DNA of 64,000 nucleotides, taken from contig OX597837.1 of the NCBI GenBank assembly GCA_951406725.2, forward strand, positions 45,322,001-45,386,000, given 5' to 3'. Source of the DNA: Octopus vulgaris. Lineage: Eukaryota. The notes under the pieces were generated by a model. The model did not search any database. It was not told where the DNA came from and was given only the letters and a program-made list of their open reading frames with translations. Below, piece after piece: positions 1-13,985 of this stretch; positions within the stretch are counted from its first letter, which is position 1, and the number at the start of each line of letters is the position of its first letter. The translations under genes and the position numbers were made by a program.

Positions 1-293
1 AATAATTTTGCACCCGCCCAATATATATATGTATTTATGTATAATATATACATACATAGCTATATATAATATAGCTATGTAAGTATATATCAGCATATAT
101 TAGCATATATTAATATATATTAGAACGTATCTCAATGAGATTAGTGTGTACGTATGTGTGTGCGCATGCGTCTCAGTGTATGTATTACTTTGTATACTTA
201 TGTGCTATTTTCTGTCAATACGTGTTAGAGTGTAACATACTATATATTACCATATGTAAGAGCGTAAATCTGTGCCAATATACGCGTGAACGC

Positions 294-335
<42 letters not shown>

Positions 336-714
336 GTGTGCATACCTGTGGTGTGTGTGTGTGTGTGTGTGTGGATATGGATGTATGTAAATCCGTATCT
401 ATTAGTCTGAATCAAATGTGTGTTAGTTAATTTAAATTAACTGCCAGCCTCTACTTAATTGCAATGATTTCATAGCAATAAGCACGAAATTTCGAGACAG
501 TTCATTTACTCTCTCTGACTTATTTTGATTTATTTATTATTTTTTTGGTGTGTGTGTGTGTGTGTTGCTGCAACTGTTGTTATGGTTGATGTTGTTCTTG
601 TTGTTCTTGTTGATGTCATCATCATGCTGTTGTTATTTTAATTCACTTTATCGATTTATTTATTGATTTCCTTGTTTGTTTTGCCATTTACTTAATACGT
701 TATAGCCTTTTATC

Positions 715-1085
715 TTTCTTGTGTTTCAGACATTGGATTGCGGCCATGCTGGAGCACACGCCTTCGAGAGTATTTACCTAGCGATACCGATCCCGGTCCG
801 GTACTTATTCTACCGACTTCTTTCGCTGAAAACTAAACTACAGAGGATGTAAACAAACCGACATCGGTTTTCAAGCAGTAGCGAGAGAACAAACACAAAC
901 ACAAACAAAATGATACACACACACACGCGTGCGCGCACACGCGCAGTTTTCGTCTCTCGTATTCATTCAAAATGCATTAATAGGCCCGGGGAGGACTTAG
1001 TAGAAAATAGTTTCCCAAACTACCGCGAATTGCAATTGAACCCGAAACCACAAGGCTGCAAATGAAGCTTCTTAACCATGCATTC
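715..1085 (-). mobile_element. SINE family A (tRNA-derived head, internal microsatellite), diverged copy
   Basis: Reverse-complement match to better copies at 24839 and 32749 (gcggccatgctggagca, gtacttattct, gaacccgaaaccac). Confidence 0.75.
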
Positions 1086-1209
1086 ATTAAGCCATGCATC
1101 CATTTTGCTTCATAATGAGGATATTAATTTATTTTATCGCATTTGGTTTATACTTTTTTATATTCATAATTGAATTTTCCATATAACTAGATTCAATAAA
1201 ACTCTTAAA

Positions 1210-1935
1210 TTCGAAGAATTTACGTAGAACGTAAGGACGGACGAAATGTTGCAAAGAATTTTTACCGGCGTGCTAACGATTCTGCCAGCTTACTGCCTTT
1301 ATTAATAATAATAATTATAGAAAAAGAGCTGAAGACTATTTCTATTTCTTTACTACCCACAAGGGGCTACACACAGAAGGGACAAACAAGGACAGACAAA
1401 CGGATTAAGTCGATTATATCGACCCCATTGTGTATTTAACCGACCCCGAAAGGATGAAAGGTAAAGTGGACCTCGGCGGAATTTGAACTTAGAACGTAGC
1501 GGCAGACGAAATACCTATTTCTTTACTACCCACAAGGGGCTAAACGCTGAGAGGACAAACAAGGACAGACACACGGGTTAAGTCGATTACATCGACCTCA
1601 GTGCATAACTGGTACTTATTTAATCGACCCCGAAAGGATGAAAGGCAAAGTCGACCTCGGAGGAATTTGAACTCAGAACATAGCGGCAGACGAAATACCT
1701 ATTTCTTTACTACCCACAAGGGGCTAAATGCAGAGAGGACAAACAAGGACAGACACACGGATTAAGTCGATTATATCGACCTCAGTGCGTAACTGGTACT
1801 TATTTAATCGACCCCGAAATGATGAAAGGCAAAGTCGACCTCGGCGGGAATTTGAACTCAGAACGTAGCGGCAGACGAAAAAAACCGCTAAGCATTTCGC
1901 CCGGCGTGCTAACGATTCTGCCAGCTCGCCGCCTT
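1210..1935 (-). mobile_element. SINE family B, about three tandem ~186-bp body units plus head
   Basis: Repeated unit tatttctttactacccacaaggggct...atcgaccccgaaaggatgaaaggcaaagtcgacctcggcggaatttgaactcagaacgtagcggcagacgaaa; head (rc) ggcggcgagctggcagaatcgttagcacgccggg ends at about 1933. Confidence 0.85.
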
Positions 1936-2422
1936 TATTAATATTAATAATTATAGAAAAGGCGCTGAAGACTATTTCGTCAACCAAAAACTTATTTACA
2001 TTCACTTCTTCCAATTATTTTAAAACCAATAACATTTACTATATTGTGATTCATAATGCATATTTCTTTTTATTCTACTTTTGCTGCCAGCAACTCTGGT
2101 TACGAAATATTAACCATAGTACATAAAACCATTTCTGTTAGTATTAAAAGTTCTTTGACACACAGACCAATCTAAACTAACACTTCTTAATACAATTTCT
2201 TTGAACTGCTTCCGATAACTTCGATTACGAACAATATATATTCAATTCATACAACTTTTCTGCTCGCTACCTTGAGAGATAAATATTCATTAATATACAT
2301 AAGATTTATCCTGCTAACTCTGAAGTTCCCTTGATAGTTTCTTTGAAGCCAGCATTTGTGTGCATGTGTGTGTGTGTGTGTTCATTCATAGAATACATAC
2401 GATACACATACATGCATACATG

Positions 2423-2471
<49 letters not shown>

Positions 2472-2478
2472 GTGTGTA

Positions 2479-2556
<78 letters not shown>

Positions 2557-2614
2557 GGGGAGAATGAAGCAGAGAGAGTTGTATGTATATTTAAACATGT
2601 ACACATCTATCAAC

Positions 2615-2696
<82 letters not shown>

Positions 2697-2727
2697 TATA
2701 TATATATGTACATATATATTTATATAC

Positions 2728-2760
<33 letters not shown>

Positions 2761-3129
2761 TGTATGTATGTATGTATGTATGTATGTATGTGTTTATGTA
2801 TGTATGCGTATAAATATGTTGTCGTTTAAAGCAATTTGATTCGGCTCCATGAGTCTTGCCGTTTCGATGGCCACTAACACCCGAAACCCGTCTCTTTCAG
2901 GCTTAGGTTAACCAATGGAGAAACGCAAGAAGTCCAATATGACTACCGGAAAATAGGCTGTCATTAGTCGAGGCGGTTCACGTTGTGATGTCTGAATAAG
3001 AAAACTTCACATCAGCATAAAATACCACAGACACTTCCTTGAAGAAACATCTACGAAAATGCCAGACCCGAAAGTTCACAATGCTCATCAGGGCAACTCA
3101 GCGCAATAGAGGCAACCTTAGAATCTCTG

Positions 3130-4475
3130 TGTTTGTTCTTTTTTGTGGGTGAGAAACAGTGATGGGCGGTTGCTGGCGCTGCCTTTTCTTCTGTGTAAGG
3201 TTTTTTACAAACTTACACAGTTCCGTCAGTTGCAGTTCTGAACTGCAACACACAAACCATCTGGGGGTCTTAATCTTCCACCATTCTCTGAAGTTCTTTT
3301 GCTGTTTTTGCTAGAGTTGAGAGGGGTTCTAGTGATAGCCCAACTTCTTCTTTCCTTGGATCCTCTTGTCTTTCTTCTTCTTCACTTGCTGACTTCGTCA
3401 TCTCTTCGTCCATTAACGGATCTGGATGGTCCTGGATCAGGTTATTAACATCCTCGGTAGTCATTTTGGTGAAGCCATCTCCTCCTAACAATTTTGCCGG
3501 CTTCACTACCTTATCTACAGCTGAGTGGTAGATTTCATCAGGGGAGAATCCTTTATGCTTGTGGACTGCTTCTGGCCACAGTTTCTTCCTGCTGGCATTC
3601 AAAGTTACCTTATTCATCTGCTTTAGGGCCTTCTGAATATTTTGGAAACACATTACAATGGTGTATCCGCGCCAGTACTCCTTCAACGAGAAGTTATCAT
3701 CCGAATCCCTAGCTTCGACCAGGTTTTTCAGGGACTTTCGCCTATAGAGCGCCTTAAAAGCATGAATAACGCCTTGATTCATGGGATGGGTCAGCGATGT
3801 GATGTTTGGCTGTAAGAATTCGATTTGTACGCCTTCATACGACAGTTCGAGCGCGTAACCTCCAGTATTGTTCATTAGGAGAAACACTTTGAATCCCAGT
3901 CCTTTTTCGGCGCGATAAACCTTGACTTCGGAGATGCAGCACTGGTGAAAGCAATACGATGTCAGTGTTTTTGTTATCCATCCCTTCTGGTTGTGCTTCC
4001 AATGCACTGGCAGCAGGATCTTATTTTTTGTTTTTGAGGGCCCTTGGGTTTGGGGGTTTATAGATAAGCCCTGGCATTATCATAAACCCGCAGCATTTCT
4101 ACACATTATAATTGTGACGCGAACTTTATACCACTTAAGTCCTGAGGCTCTGACCCCCTTCATAATGAAAGTCCGCAATGACATCCGTTTCCCAAAGAGG
4201 CCAGTCTCATCCACATTGAAATCTCAGTTGAGTATACCCCTTCTTCGATGATGGCCTTGAACGTCTCGTTCACGTTCAGTGGCCGGTTTGTCAGCAGAAA
4301 CAGCTTCTCCATGCAGGGATACATTCTTAAGGTTGAACTCCCTTTGAAATTTATGAAACCAGCTCTTGCTGTCATTAAATTCGTTTTGTTTGGTGGGAGA
4401 TGCCGTAGATGATGCTGGTTCAGGGTCGTCTGGGTCGTCTATACTTGCCGTACAGCTGCCTGGCTTTCTCACAGA
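3130..4475 (-). mobile_element. Tigger/pogo-family DNA transposon remnant (DDE_1 transposase, frameshifted)
   Basis: ORF 3270-4007 reads HWKHNQKGWIT...FLQPNITSLTHPMNQGVIHAFKALY. Upstream fragments read FNDSKSWFHKFQREFNLKNVSLHGEAVSAD and IIEEGVY, typical of Tigger/CENP-B-like transposases. TIRs were not found. Confidence 0.85.
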
Positions 4476-4477
4476 AT

Positions 4478-4606
4478 TATTCAAACCCCAAAGAATCCCT
4501 CTCGACACATGGCTATGATGCTCCTCCACTACTTCTGCTCGTGATCAGAGATGCACATATCGTCAGCCACCAAGGGACATGCTCAACTGGTTAAGGTCAA
4601 ACAACT
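4478..4606. mobile_element. Internal fragment of the MITE family seen at 49154-49478
   Basis: attcaaaccccaaagaatccctctc...gatcagagatgcacatat...ggttaaggtcaaacaactg is shared with 49190-49325. Confidence 0.7.
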
Positions 4607-4729
4607 GGTACTTAATTTATCTTTTCGGAGTCGATAAATTAAGTACCAGTTGAATATTGGGGTCGATATAATCGACACGCCCCCCCCTCTCAAAAAATAA
4701 AGACGACTTCGGCGACTAGAAATACTGTT

Positions 4730-4800
4730 GATACTGCTGCTGCTGCTGCTGCTGCTGCTGATACTACTACTAGTACTACTACTACTACTACTACTACTAC

Positions 4801-4834
<34 letters not shown>

Positions 4835-5025
4835 AATACTACTACTACTACTACTACTACAGCAACTTCTACGACTATTTCTAATACTAATGCCACTACT
4901 ACTATTACTACCACCACCACCGCTACCACTATCACCATTACCATCAGCACCACTACCATAATCCCACCACCACCAACACCACCACGACTATTGCTGCTGC
5001 TGCTGCTGATGATGATGATGATGAC
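4730..5025. repeat. Compound trinucleotide microsatellite (CTG/TAC/TAA/CAC/GAT)
   Basis: Visible directly in the sequence. Confidence 0.95.
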
Positions 5026-5293
5026 GCAGTGTAACTAATTTCCAAATTTCGATGTTTACTTTCTAAATGTTTCTTTTTTGTTTTTTCTTTTTTAATCGTT
5101 ATCAACATCTTATCGATATTAATCGCACATCATTAGATATGTCAAGTGTTCAATAGTTTGTCAGACTTTCAAGTATCGATCATTACCAATACTCACTTGA
5201 AACTTTTACTCACTTCAGAATATTATTACCATCATCATCATCATTATCATCATCGTCATCATCATCATCATCATCATCATTATCATTATCATC

Positions 5294-5325
<32 letters not shown>

Positions 5326-5800
5326 CGTCGTCATCATTATCATCATCATTGTTATATCTTTATCTTTATCAGCTCTTTATCTTATTTTTATTAAGATAGT
5401 CTCCATCACTGGCCTGCGACCATTCTGGGGCATCCTCCTCCAAAGGGCTTATTTTGGCTCATAACAAATCCATTGCCTGTTTCAGTCTGATAATTATTTC
5501 ATTGATATCTATTCATCGGACCGCTAATTTATAGGGCAATAAGGATATAAAAAAAAACACCGATTTTTTAGATTGATGTAAATATAGACAGAGCTGCTTA
5601 CACATGTAGTTGGAAAGCTAGCTTCCTACCACATACTGCCACGCAGTACAGTTAGATGTATGGCTGCTAATGGTGAATTCAGAGCTCGAAGTAAAGTGGT
5701 ATGGTTACTACTGTACTAAGCAGCATTTGTGTGAGCGTAAAGGAATAATATGATCCCTTGATGAATTTCTGTGGTTCAGCATCAAATTGTATTTGTAATG

Positions 5801-5850
5801 CCCACCGCTGAGGATGCATAAAAGCACAATAGTGAAACAGATGTAGAGAA
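5801..5850 (+). ncRNA. Degenerate hammerhead-like motif (Penelope-type)
   Basis: CTGAGGA...GAAACAGATGTA, with a near-palindromic stem III and a GUA triplet. Stem I does not pair. Confidence 0.35.
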
Positions 5851-6192
5851 CAAATGATATAATCTGCATCTTACTATAATCTGCATCTTACTACACTGAT
5901 TACGAAATCACAGTGATCTGCAGCTGAATTCTGTTTTTAAATTACTTGCTTCGAGAGTTGCATTCGGTACAATATGTTCTTTTATTTTAGTAGTTTTGAT
6001 TTTAAGAGTCCCTCCTATCGTGTGGCATTTATGTGTAATAATGCCCACTATATAATATAAATAAATATATTTAAGTGAAAAAATTGGTGTATTTTTTCTC
6101 TTATGAGGTTTTTCCCGCTGACTACTTGATAAATTCTTATGAAGATTTTATCCTATTTTTAAATAGGCATATATATAGAGATACATATATAC

Positions 6193-6260
<68 letters not shown>

Positions 6261-6290
6261 ACATATATATAAAATACATAGTAATTTGGG

Positions 6291-6626
6291 GGTGCAGGAA
6301 TGGCTCTATGGTAAGGAGTTTGCTTACCAGCCACCACATAGTTCTGGATTTAGTCCCACAGAATGGCACTTTGGGGAGGTGTCTTCTGCTATATTCTCGA
6401 GCCGACCAAAGCCCGTCGTATATATATACATATATAAATATATAAGCATGTGTTTGTGAGTCTGTGTTTGTCCCCTCCACCATCGCTTAACAGTAAGGCA
6501 AAAGAGATCGATGGAATAAATATTAGGCTAACAAAGAATAAGTTCTGGAGCCGATTTGTTCGACTAAATGTGGTGCTCCAGCATGGCCGCAGCCAACTGA
6601 CTGAAGCAAATAAAAGAATAAAAGAA
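6291..6626 (+). mobile_element. SINE family A
   Basis: Head ggtgcaggaatggctctatggtaagg...; internal TA repeat; tail gtgctccagcatggccgcagccaactgactgaagcaaataaaagaata. Confidence 0.85.
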
Positions 6627-6652
6627 TACATATATACACACACATGCATATA

Positions 6653-7560
6653 CTGGGTTGGAAAGAAAAGTAATTCCGTTTTTTTTTTTTTGTGCGAAAT
6701 AAAATAATTTTTTCTTCATACAAATATTGAACTTTTATTAATTATACATTTTCCATTTTCTCCGATGACCTTTCGCTATCTTTCAGGCAACTTCATGCTT
6801 CTGCGCTCATAGAACTTCGGCTCCTTATCAGCAAAAAAACGAAGCAATTGCGATTTCGGGTCATCATCTTTATCGAAAATTTTATCATTCAAAGAATTTT
6901 GAAAACTTCGAAATAAATGGTAACCTGATGGTGCAAGGTCAGGGCTATATGGTGGATGTGACATCACTTCCCAACCAAGCTGCAATAATTTTTCACGCGT
7001 TAAGAAATACGTTTGTGTGATAGTGTTGCAATGGTGGAACACGATTCCTTTATAATTTGCCAATTTTGGCCGTTTTTCTTTGATTGCATCCTCCAGCTTC
7101 ATTGTTTTTGATAGTAAACATCTGAATTGATCGTTTTGGTTCCTTGGAAACAGCTCAAAATCCACAACACCTTTGTAATCCCACCAAATTGACGGTATGA
7201 CCTCTTTTTGATGCAATTCAGCTTTCGATGAGGTTTGTACTGGTTCATTACGCTTGGACCCTGATCGTTTACGATTGATGTTATCGTAAACAATCTATTT
7301 TTCAGCACCAGTGAGGATTCGTTTAAAAAAAAGGCCGATTTCATTGCAATTGAGATGCGTATCGCAAATATTGATTCGTTGTGTTAAGTCAATCTCTTTG
7401 AATTTATGTGGAACCCAAATATCGAGCTTCCTAACGAGTCCAAATCATTTTAATGATTTTAATTGTAGCCTGTGATACATTTAACCTCTCTGCGATCTCT
7501 CGCACAATCACATGGCTTTGATTCGGTCATCATCAACTTCAGGTTTTGGGGTCTGACGAT
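6653..7560 (-). mobile_element. Mariner transposon, decayed
   Basis: Motifs DIWVPH (about 7405-7425), SIWWDYKGVV and HPPYSPDLAPSGYHLF; two catalytic Asp residues are mutated. The terminal TA-CTGGGTTGGAAAGAAAAGTAATTCCGTT resembles Hsmar1/MADE1-type TIRs. Confidence 0.9.
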
Positions 7561-7688
7561 ACGCCATAAAGCTAAACACTTTATGAACGGGAAACCCATG
7601 TTAACCCTATAAACCGACCTTCCCAATTAAAATATACACTCCTCTACATCTTAGAGTGCGCTTCTTCTCCAGATTTATGTTTTCTACA

Positions 7689-7780
<92 letters not shown>

Positions 7781-7890
7781 CATGTATATATACAAATACA
7801 CTTATATTACACATGTATACATAAACATATACACATATATACATTTATCGGTCATAGCTTATTTCTATGTGTATGAGACACCTTCATAAG

Positions 7891-8290
7891 CTCAGGCATG
7901 GCTCTTTGGTTAAGAAGCATGCTTTGCAATATAGAGGTTTGGGGTTCAATCCCACTCCGCAGCACCATGGGCAAGTGTCTTCTACTGTAACTCCGGGCCG
8001 GCCAATGCTTTATGAGTTATTTCGGTAGACAAAAACTGCAGAAACTCAACGTATATGGGTGCATGTGTGTGTGTGTGTATGTGTAATTGTGTTTGTGTTT
8101 GTCCACCACCATCACTTGACAACCGGTGTTGGTTTGTTTACGTTCCTGTAACTTAGCAGTTTGGCAAAATAAACTGATAGCATAAATCCCAGAATTATAA
8201 AGTAAGTACTGAGGTTGATTTGTTCGATTAAAACCTTCACGATGATGCCCCAACATGGCCGCAGCCCAAGGATTGAAAACAATTAAAAAG
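7891..8290 (+). mobile_element. SINE family A
   Basis: Head, internal (TG)n and tail all match the other family A copies. Confidence 0.85.
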
Positions 8291-8659
8291 GTAGAAAATC
8301 TTTCTTTGTAATAGATAAATGGCTGAAAGGGACAAAGTCGGGTTTTGTTATGAAAAGAATAATTTGTAGGGTAAGGACGAGGTCAGAAAATTAAGGATAG
8401 ATTAGTCAGTGAAATCGATTAATATTCATTGTTGGTTTATTGTTATTTTATTGTCATTGGAAGAATGAAGGGCGAAAAAGAAGAGGGGAAGGGGAGGAGG
8501 GGGAGAGGAAAAGGAGGAGAAACAACAACAACAACAACAAGGACGGTGACAAAAACATCAAATACAAGAAGCAAGAAAAATGGAATAAAAAATGGGTCAT
8601 AGAGTTTGACCTTTCGCTTGAGAATTGGTTTTAATGGATGAATGGTTGATGTCAACGAA

Positions 8660-9308
8660 TGCCATGACGACGACAACACCGACACCACCACCATCCTCAC
8701 AGCCATCATGACGACCACTACCATTAGAATCACAAACACAAACACCGCCATTATCGCCATACACTCACAACCACCGTGACCATCACCACCAACACCATCC
8801 ACAGAACCACCTCCATCGGCGTCACAACCGTCATCACCACCACTCACAACCGTCATCACCACCACCACAATCAGCAGTCAACATCCCCAACAACACAACC
8901 ATCGCCATTGTCAACATACACTACCCATCACCACCACCACCACCACTACCACCACCACCACCACTATCACCCCACCACCACCACCACCACATCGATCACC
9001 ACCACCACCACCATAACCACCACTGCCACCACCACCACCAGCATCACCACCACCACCACCACCACTACCACCACCACCACCACCACCAACATCACCACCA
9101 CCACCACCACCACCACAACCACCACCACAACCACCACCACAACCACCACCACAACCACCACCACACCACCACCACCACCACATCGATCACCACCACCACT
9201 ACCACCACCAACACCACCACTATCACCACTACCACCACCCTCACCACTACATCGATCACCACCACCACTACCACCACCACCACATCACCACCACCACCAC
9301 CACTACCA
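8660..9308. repeat. (CAC/ACC)n low-complexity tract
   Basis: Visible directly; it explains the poly-T/H/P ORFs. Confidence 0.95.
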
Positions 9309-9547
9309 GTTTTATTAAGCTATCTTTGTGCAGCGTTGTGAAGTGATCTTTCGTGCCTGTTTCCTTTCTGCTTCACTGAGTCATCCATGGACAAAAAAAT
9401 GTCAACCATTACGCTTTCACGTTCTTGTTTTGAAATCGCTTCTCTATTATTTATTTGAGAATAATTAAAAGATAAATATGTATGTAGGTATAAGTGCAGA
9501 TGTATATGACATGTATGCACATATATATTTATATTTAGATATATGCT

Positions 9548-9591
<44 letters not shown>

Positions 9592-9757
9592 TGTGTGTGT
9601 ATGTGTGTGTGCGTGTTAGTGAATGCATGTGTTCCTATCTGTGTTCCTATCACCTTTTGTGTTCCCAATCTTTACTCCTAGATACAGGACGTCCTCAAAC
9701 AACTCCAGTGGCTTCCCGCCCGCATTCCTACATTCGTAATCTTCTCTGGCATCTTAC

Positions 9758-9827
<70 letters not shown>

Positions 9828-10016
9828 ATTAGCTGAGATGGTAAACGTGTTTAATTTTCATTCCATTTCATGAATTTATCCTCTTTTTGTGTATCTAGCA
9901 CTCGCTTCTTTATTTGGAAGCCTTTTAATGTATTTCTGTATGAATAATATATAGTCTAATGACTAATTCGTCTTTTGTTGTGGGTCACTGGTAATAATAA
10001 TTTATTTAAGAAGTAA

Positions 10017-10260
10017 ACAAAAGCCGTTCGATTCACTTCAACATTGAAGTTTAATTTGTCAAAATATTTTTGCCAGTGAACAGGTCGCGGTCTGAAAGCG
10101 ACGAAAATATTTTGACAAATTAAACTTAAATGTTGAAGTGAATCGAATGGGCTTTTGTGTGTTTCTTAAATGGCTTACAAACACCTTCCACGCTGCAATT
10201 GTTTTCGTTCCAGCACACGATCTCAGATCAAATCACTTGCTATGCAAGTACATCTCCGTA
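10017..10260 (+). mobile_element. Short Penelope-like pLTR-type element with an inverted 5' arm and a G3-C8 hammerhead
   Basis: 10021-10070 is an inverted copy of 10104-10154. The body is near-identical to the reverse complement of 35002-35195 and ends in (TA)n. Confidence 0.7.
10069..10119 (+). ncRNA. Type I hammerhead ribozyme, G3-C8 core variant
   Basis: TTTGCCA-GTGAACA-G-GTCGC-(ggtctgaaa)-GCGAC-GAA-AATATT-T-TGACAAA; one mismatch in stem I. Confidence 0.6.
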
Positions 10261-10309
<49 letters not shown>

Positions 10310-10383
10310 CGTGTGTGTGTGAATGTGTATATATATATATATATTCATAAAGTGTTATGTGTTTGCGTGACTGTGTATGACGG

Positions 10384-10433
<50 letters not shown>

Positions 10434-10831
10434 GACACACACACACACATACACATATATGTATATATGTATATACACGTAAGTATGTATACGTAGCATA
10501 CACATTTAATTGTAAACTTTTATAACATAGGTCATATTGCTTATGAAATATTAAGTACTAAACAACGACCACAACGACAACATTTAAAGAGCACCTCCAA
10601 CACCAACAACAACATTATTGGTGAAATATTGAAATCAGTAAATTATTTTACAAATCGCACCAATGTTGGAGAAGGAAATATCAAGGGATTTAGACATTAA
10701 TGTATAAGTGGAGAGGAAGCGTTGCTGCTGTTGTTGTTGTTGCTGTCTGTTTTCTAAGAATAATTCATACATGAATGTGCGTGTGAGGAAGTATTTCTGT
10801 TGTGTTTATATGCACACAAACAAATATATAT

Positions 10832-10876
<45 letters not shown>

Positions 10877-10982
10877 CATATAGATGGATATGTAGATACC
10901 TACATACATATAGATATATAGATATATATACACATACATATGCACATATATACATAGATATATATATATATATATATATATA

Positions 10983-11078
<96 letters not shown>

Positions 11079-11178
11079 ACATATATATGTGTCTGTGTGT
11101 GTGTTCACATATATATATATATGTATATATATATATATTTATATCTGCTCACATGCATATATGTTTGTGTGTATGAGT

Positions 11179-11247
<69 letters not shown>

Positions 11248-11883
11248 CACACATGACATAATGAAATATGATATACGAGAGACAATACATGCATACCTAC
11301 ACATCTTGATTTTTTCATAATTGTTGTTGTTGTTATTGTTGTTGTTGTAATTACTACTTTTGTTATTATCGTTTTTACTTATTGGATATTGTTGTAATTC
11401 TTTTCGTTGTATTTCATGTTGTTGTTGTTGTCACTGCTATTGTGGCAAATATTCTTCGCTCTATCCCTTCGCTGTATTCTTTTAGTGGAGGAAAGGTGAT
11501 TTATTTTTTTTCAAATTTGTGTGTGTGCGTGTGTGTGTGTGTGTGCGAAGAGAGAGAGAAAGACAATAGAGGGAAACAAAGAAAAAGAGAAACTGTGGGT
11601 GCATGTGTATTTGTGTGTGTGTGTGTGAGTGTGTGCATACGTGTGCCAGTATATGTGTATATTTTACACCCGTACCGTCTGTTTATACGATACAATTGTC
11701 TGTCTCAAACTCTCCATTGTTTGGCGCTAATGAAATTTGGCACAAAAGACTTATTTCTTTGTCTTTCGATATAAACGAAGCAAGAATTTTCTTATTGCTT
11801 TAAACAATATTAGGACAATGTTCGTTCTTGAAGAATTTGCCAATTTCTTTAGTTTTTCAGGCTTGCTGCAAAGGCTGTCTGTA

Positions 11884-11957
<74 letters not shown>

Positions 11958-11994
11958 CGTGACGGTGGTAGTGTCAGGATGTAGGAAATGGCTC

Positions 11995-12105
<111 letters not shown>

Positions 12106-12228
12106 ATATGCATGTATACATATAAATACTTATACATTCCATATGTGCACACGTGTTTCTATTGTTGAGTGTATGTATGCCTTTCCAGACATGATATGTA
12201 TGTTTATATATGATTATATATACACACT

Positions 12229-12262
<34 letters not shown>

Positions 12263-12601
12263 TGTGTATGTATGCATATATATGTATATATACATATATG
12301 CATATGTGTGTGTGTGTGTGTATGTGCGTGTATGCTTATGAGTGTCTGTATTTGGGAATGTATGTGTGTATCAGAAAGCACGTAGAAAAACTTGTGCATA
12401 AATACTTCTCTTGTTAAAGAAATATTCCAAAGTGAAATCAATCAGAAGACAAAACCATTCTCGCGTCTTAAACATCTGGAAAATGGTTTTCTTTGATTAA
12501 TTAGTTTGTATTTCCCTTGTTACATTCCTGAATGCATGTATGCACGTGTACTACATACATACACACGCAAACACACACATATACATACATACATACATAC
12601 A

Positions 12602-12635
<34 letters not shown>

Positions 12636-12730
12636 AATACATACATATATACATACATAAATACATACATACACAAACATACATACATACTTACATACAT
12701 ACATACACAAATACATAATACATATATATA

Positions 12731-12765
<35 letters not shown>

Positions 12766-12848
12766 CACTCGTTGTTAATTCCGTCATGTAATATCATACT
12801 TTTCTTGGACTACTCTTTTGCTTCACCCTGGTCCCTTCTTTCTTCTTT

Positions 12849-12876
12849 CTGACGATGAGCCATGATCGAAACGTCA
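12849..12876 (+). ncRNA. Minimal hammerhead core, stem I decayed
   Basis: CTGACGA-T-GA(gccatga)TC-GAA-ACGT-C, with palindromic ACGT and a GUC triplet. Confidence 0.4.
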
Positions 12877-12984
12877 CTTCCTTTATTCTCCCCATCTTAA
12901 ACTGAGTGTCAACTTGAGACATCCACTTCGTTCGTCCGTTTCACTTTTGTTGTCTCTGCTCTTAAAAAATAAAATATAGGATTC

Positions 12985-13591
12985 GCTCAGTTTGTTACTT
13001 TGTATGTATTTTTTCAGGATTAAATAAAAAGACAACGAACGAAAAATACGACAAGCCTGTGTATTTATATATATATATATATAAATATATTTTGTCATTA
13101 CTAATGGAAAATGTGAAGATATAGATTCCATGTGCTGTTCATTCAAAGGGGTTTTAAGGTGTGAATGAAATTTTGAGGATGTAGTGGAGGTATTAAGAAG
13201 ATAGAGAGGAGAGAAAAGATGTGTATGTTAAAATGAATGGGTGAAGAAAGAAGAAAGAAAGAGAGAGGAGGAGAAAATAAGAAACGGTACGTTACTTGGT
13301 GGTCAAGGTATTATGAGGGGGATGGGAGAGGAGTAGGAGAAGGATAGGAAGAAATAAGAATGGAAGGAATGAAAATGTGTGAGGAGTGGGAGGCGGGATG
13401 ATATGTGTGAAAGGCACTAAGGTGGAAGGATGGATAAAGAAAACGGTACAGAAAATCTTTATAGAAAATCTTTACAGAAATGGTACAGAAAATCTTATGA
13501 ATGCAGCCGCCCTTTCCAGACGGGATTTCGTCTTTCTGAACCGATTGACCCTGAAGTGACTTATATATAATCGAACTGTGATTAAGTATAT

Positions 13592-13661
<70 letters not shown>

Positions 13662-13985
13662 CGAAACAGTTTGTTGGACTTTTACAGTTTTTATAATTGT
13701 TTATATGATATGTTGTTACATATTATATTCATAGTATTTAATGTAATATTCTAATATAAATAAATTATTGGATTGTCAATAGAATATCTCTATATTTAAT
13801 TCATATTTATTATTAAATTATACCAATGTTTATATGGTATCCAACTGAAGTACCAGTGAATTGGATGTTTAACACGCCCCTTTGAAGGATTTCTTTTGCT
13901 CAATTTGTTTGTTTATATGTATTTTTTTCAGTATTAAATAAAAAGACAACAAACGGAAAATATGACAAGCCTGTGTATTTATATG
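12985..13985. repeat. Two ~90-bp direct repeats (12985-13075 and 13898-13985), probable Penelope-like pLTR ends
   Basis: tatgtattttttcag..ttaaataaaaagacaac..ac.gaaaata.gacaagcctgtgtatttatat occurs twice, each followed by TA repeats. Confidence 0.55.
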
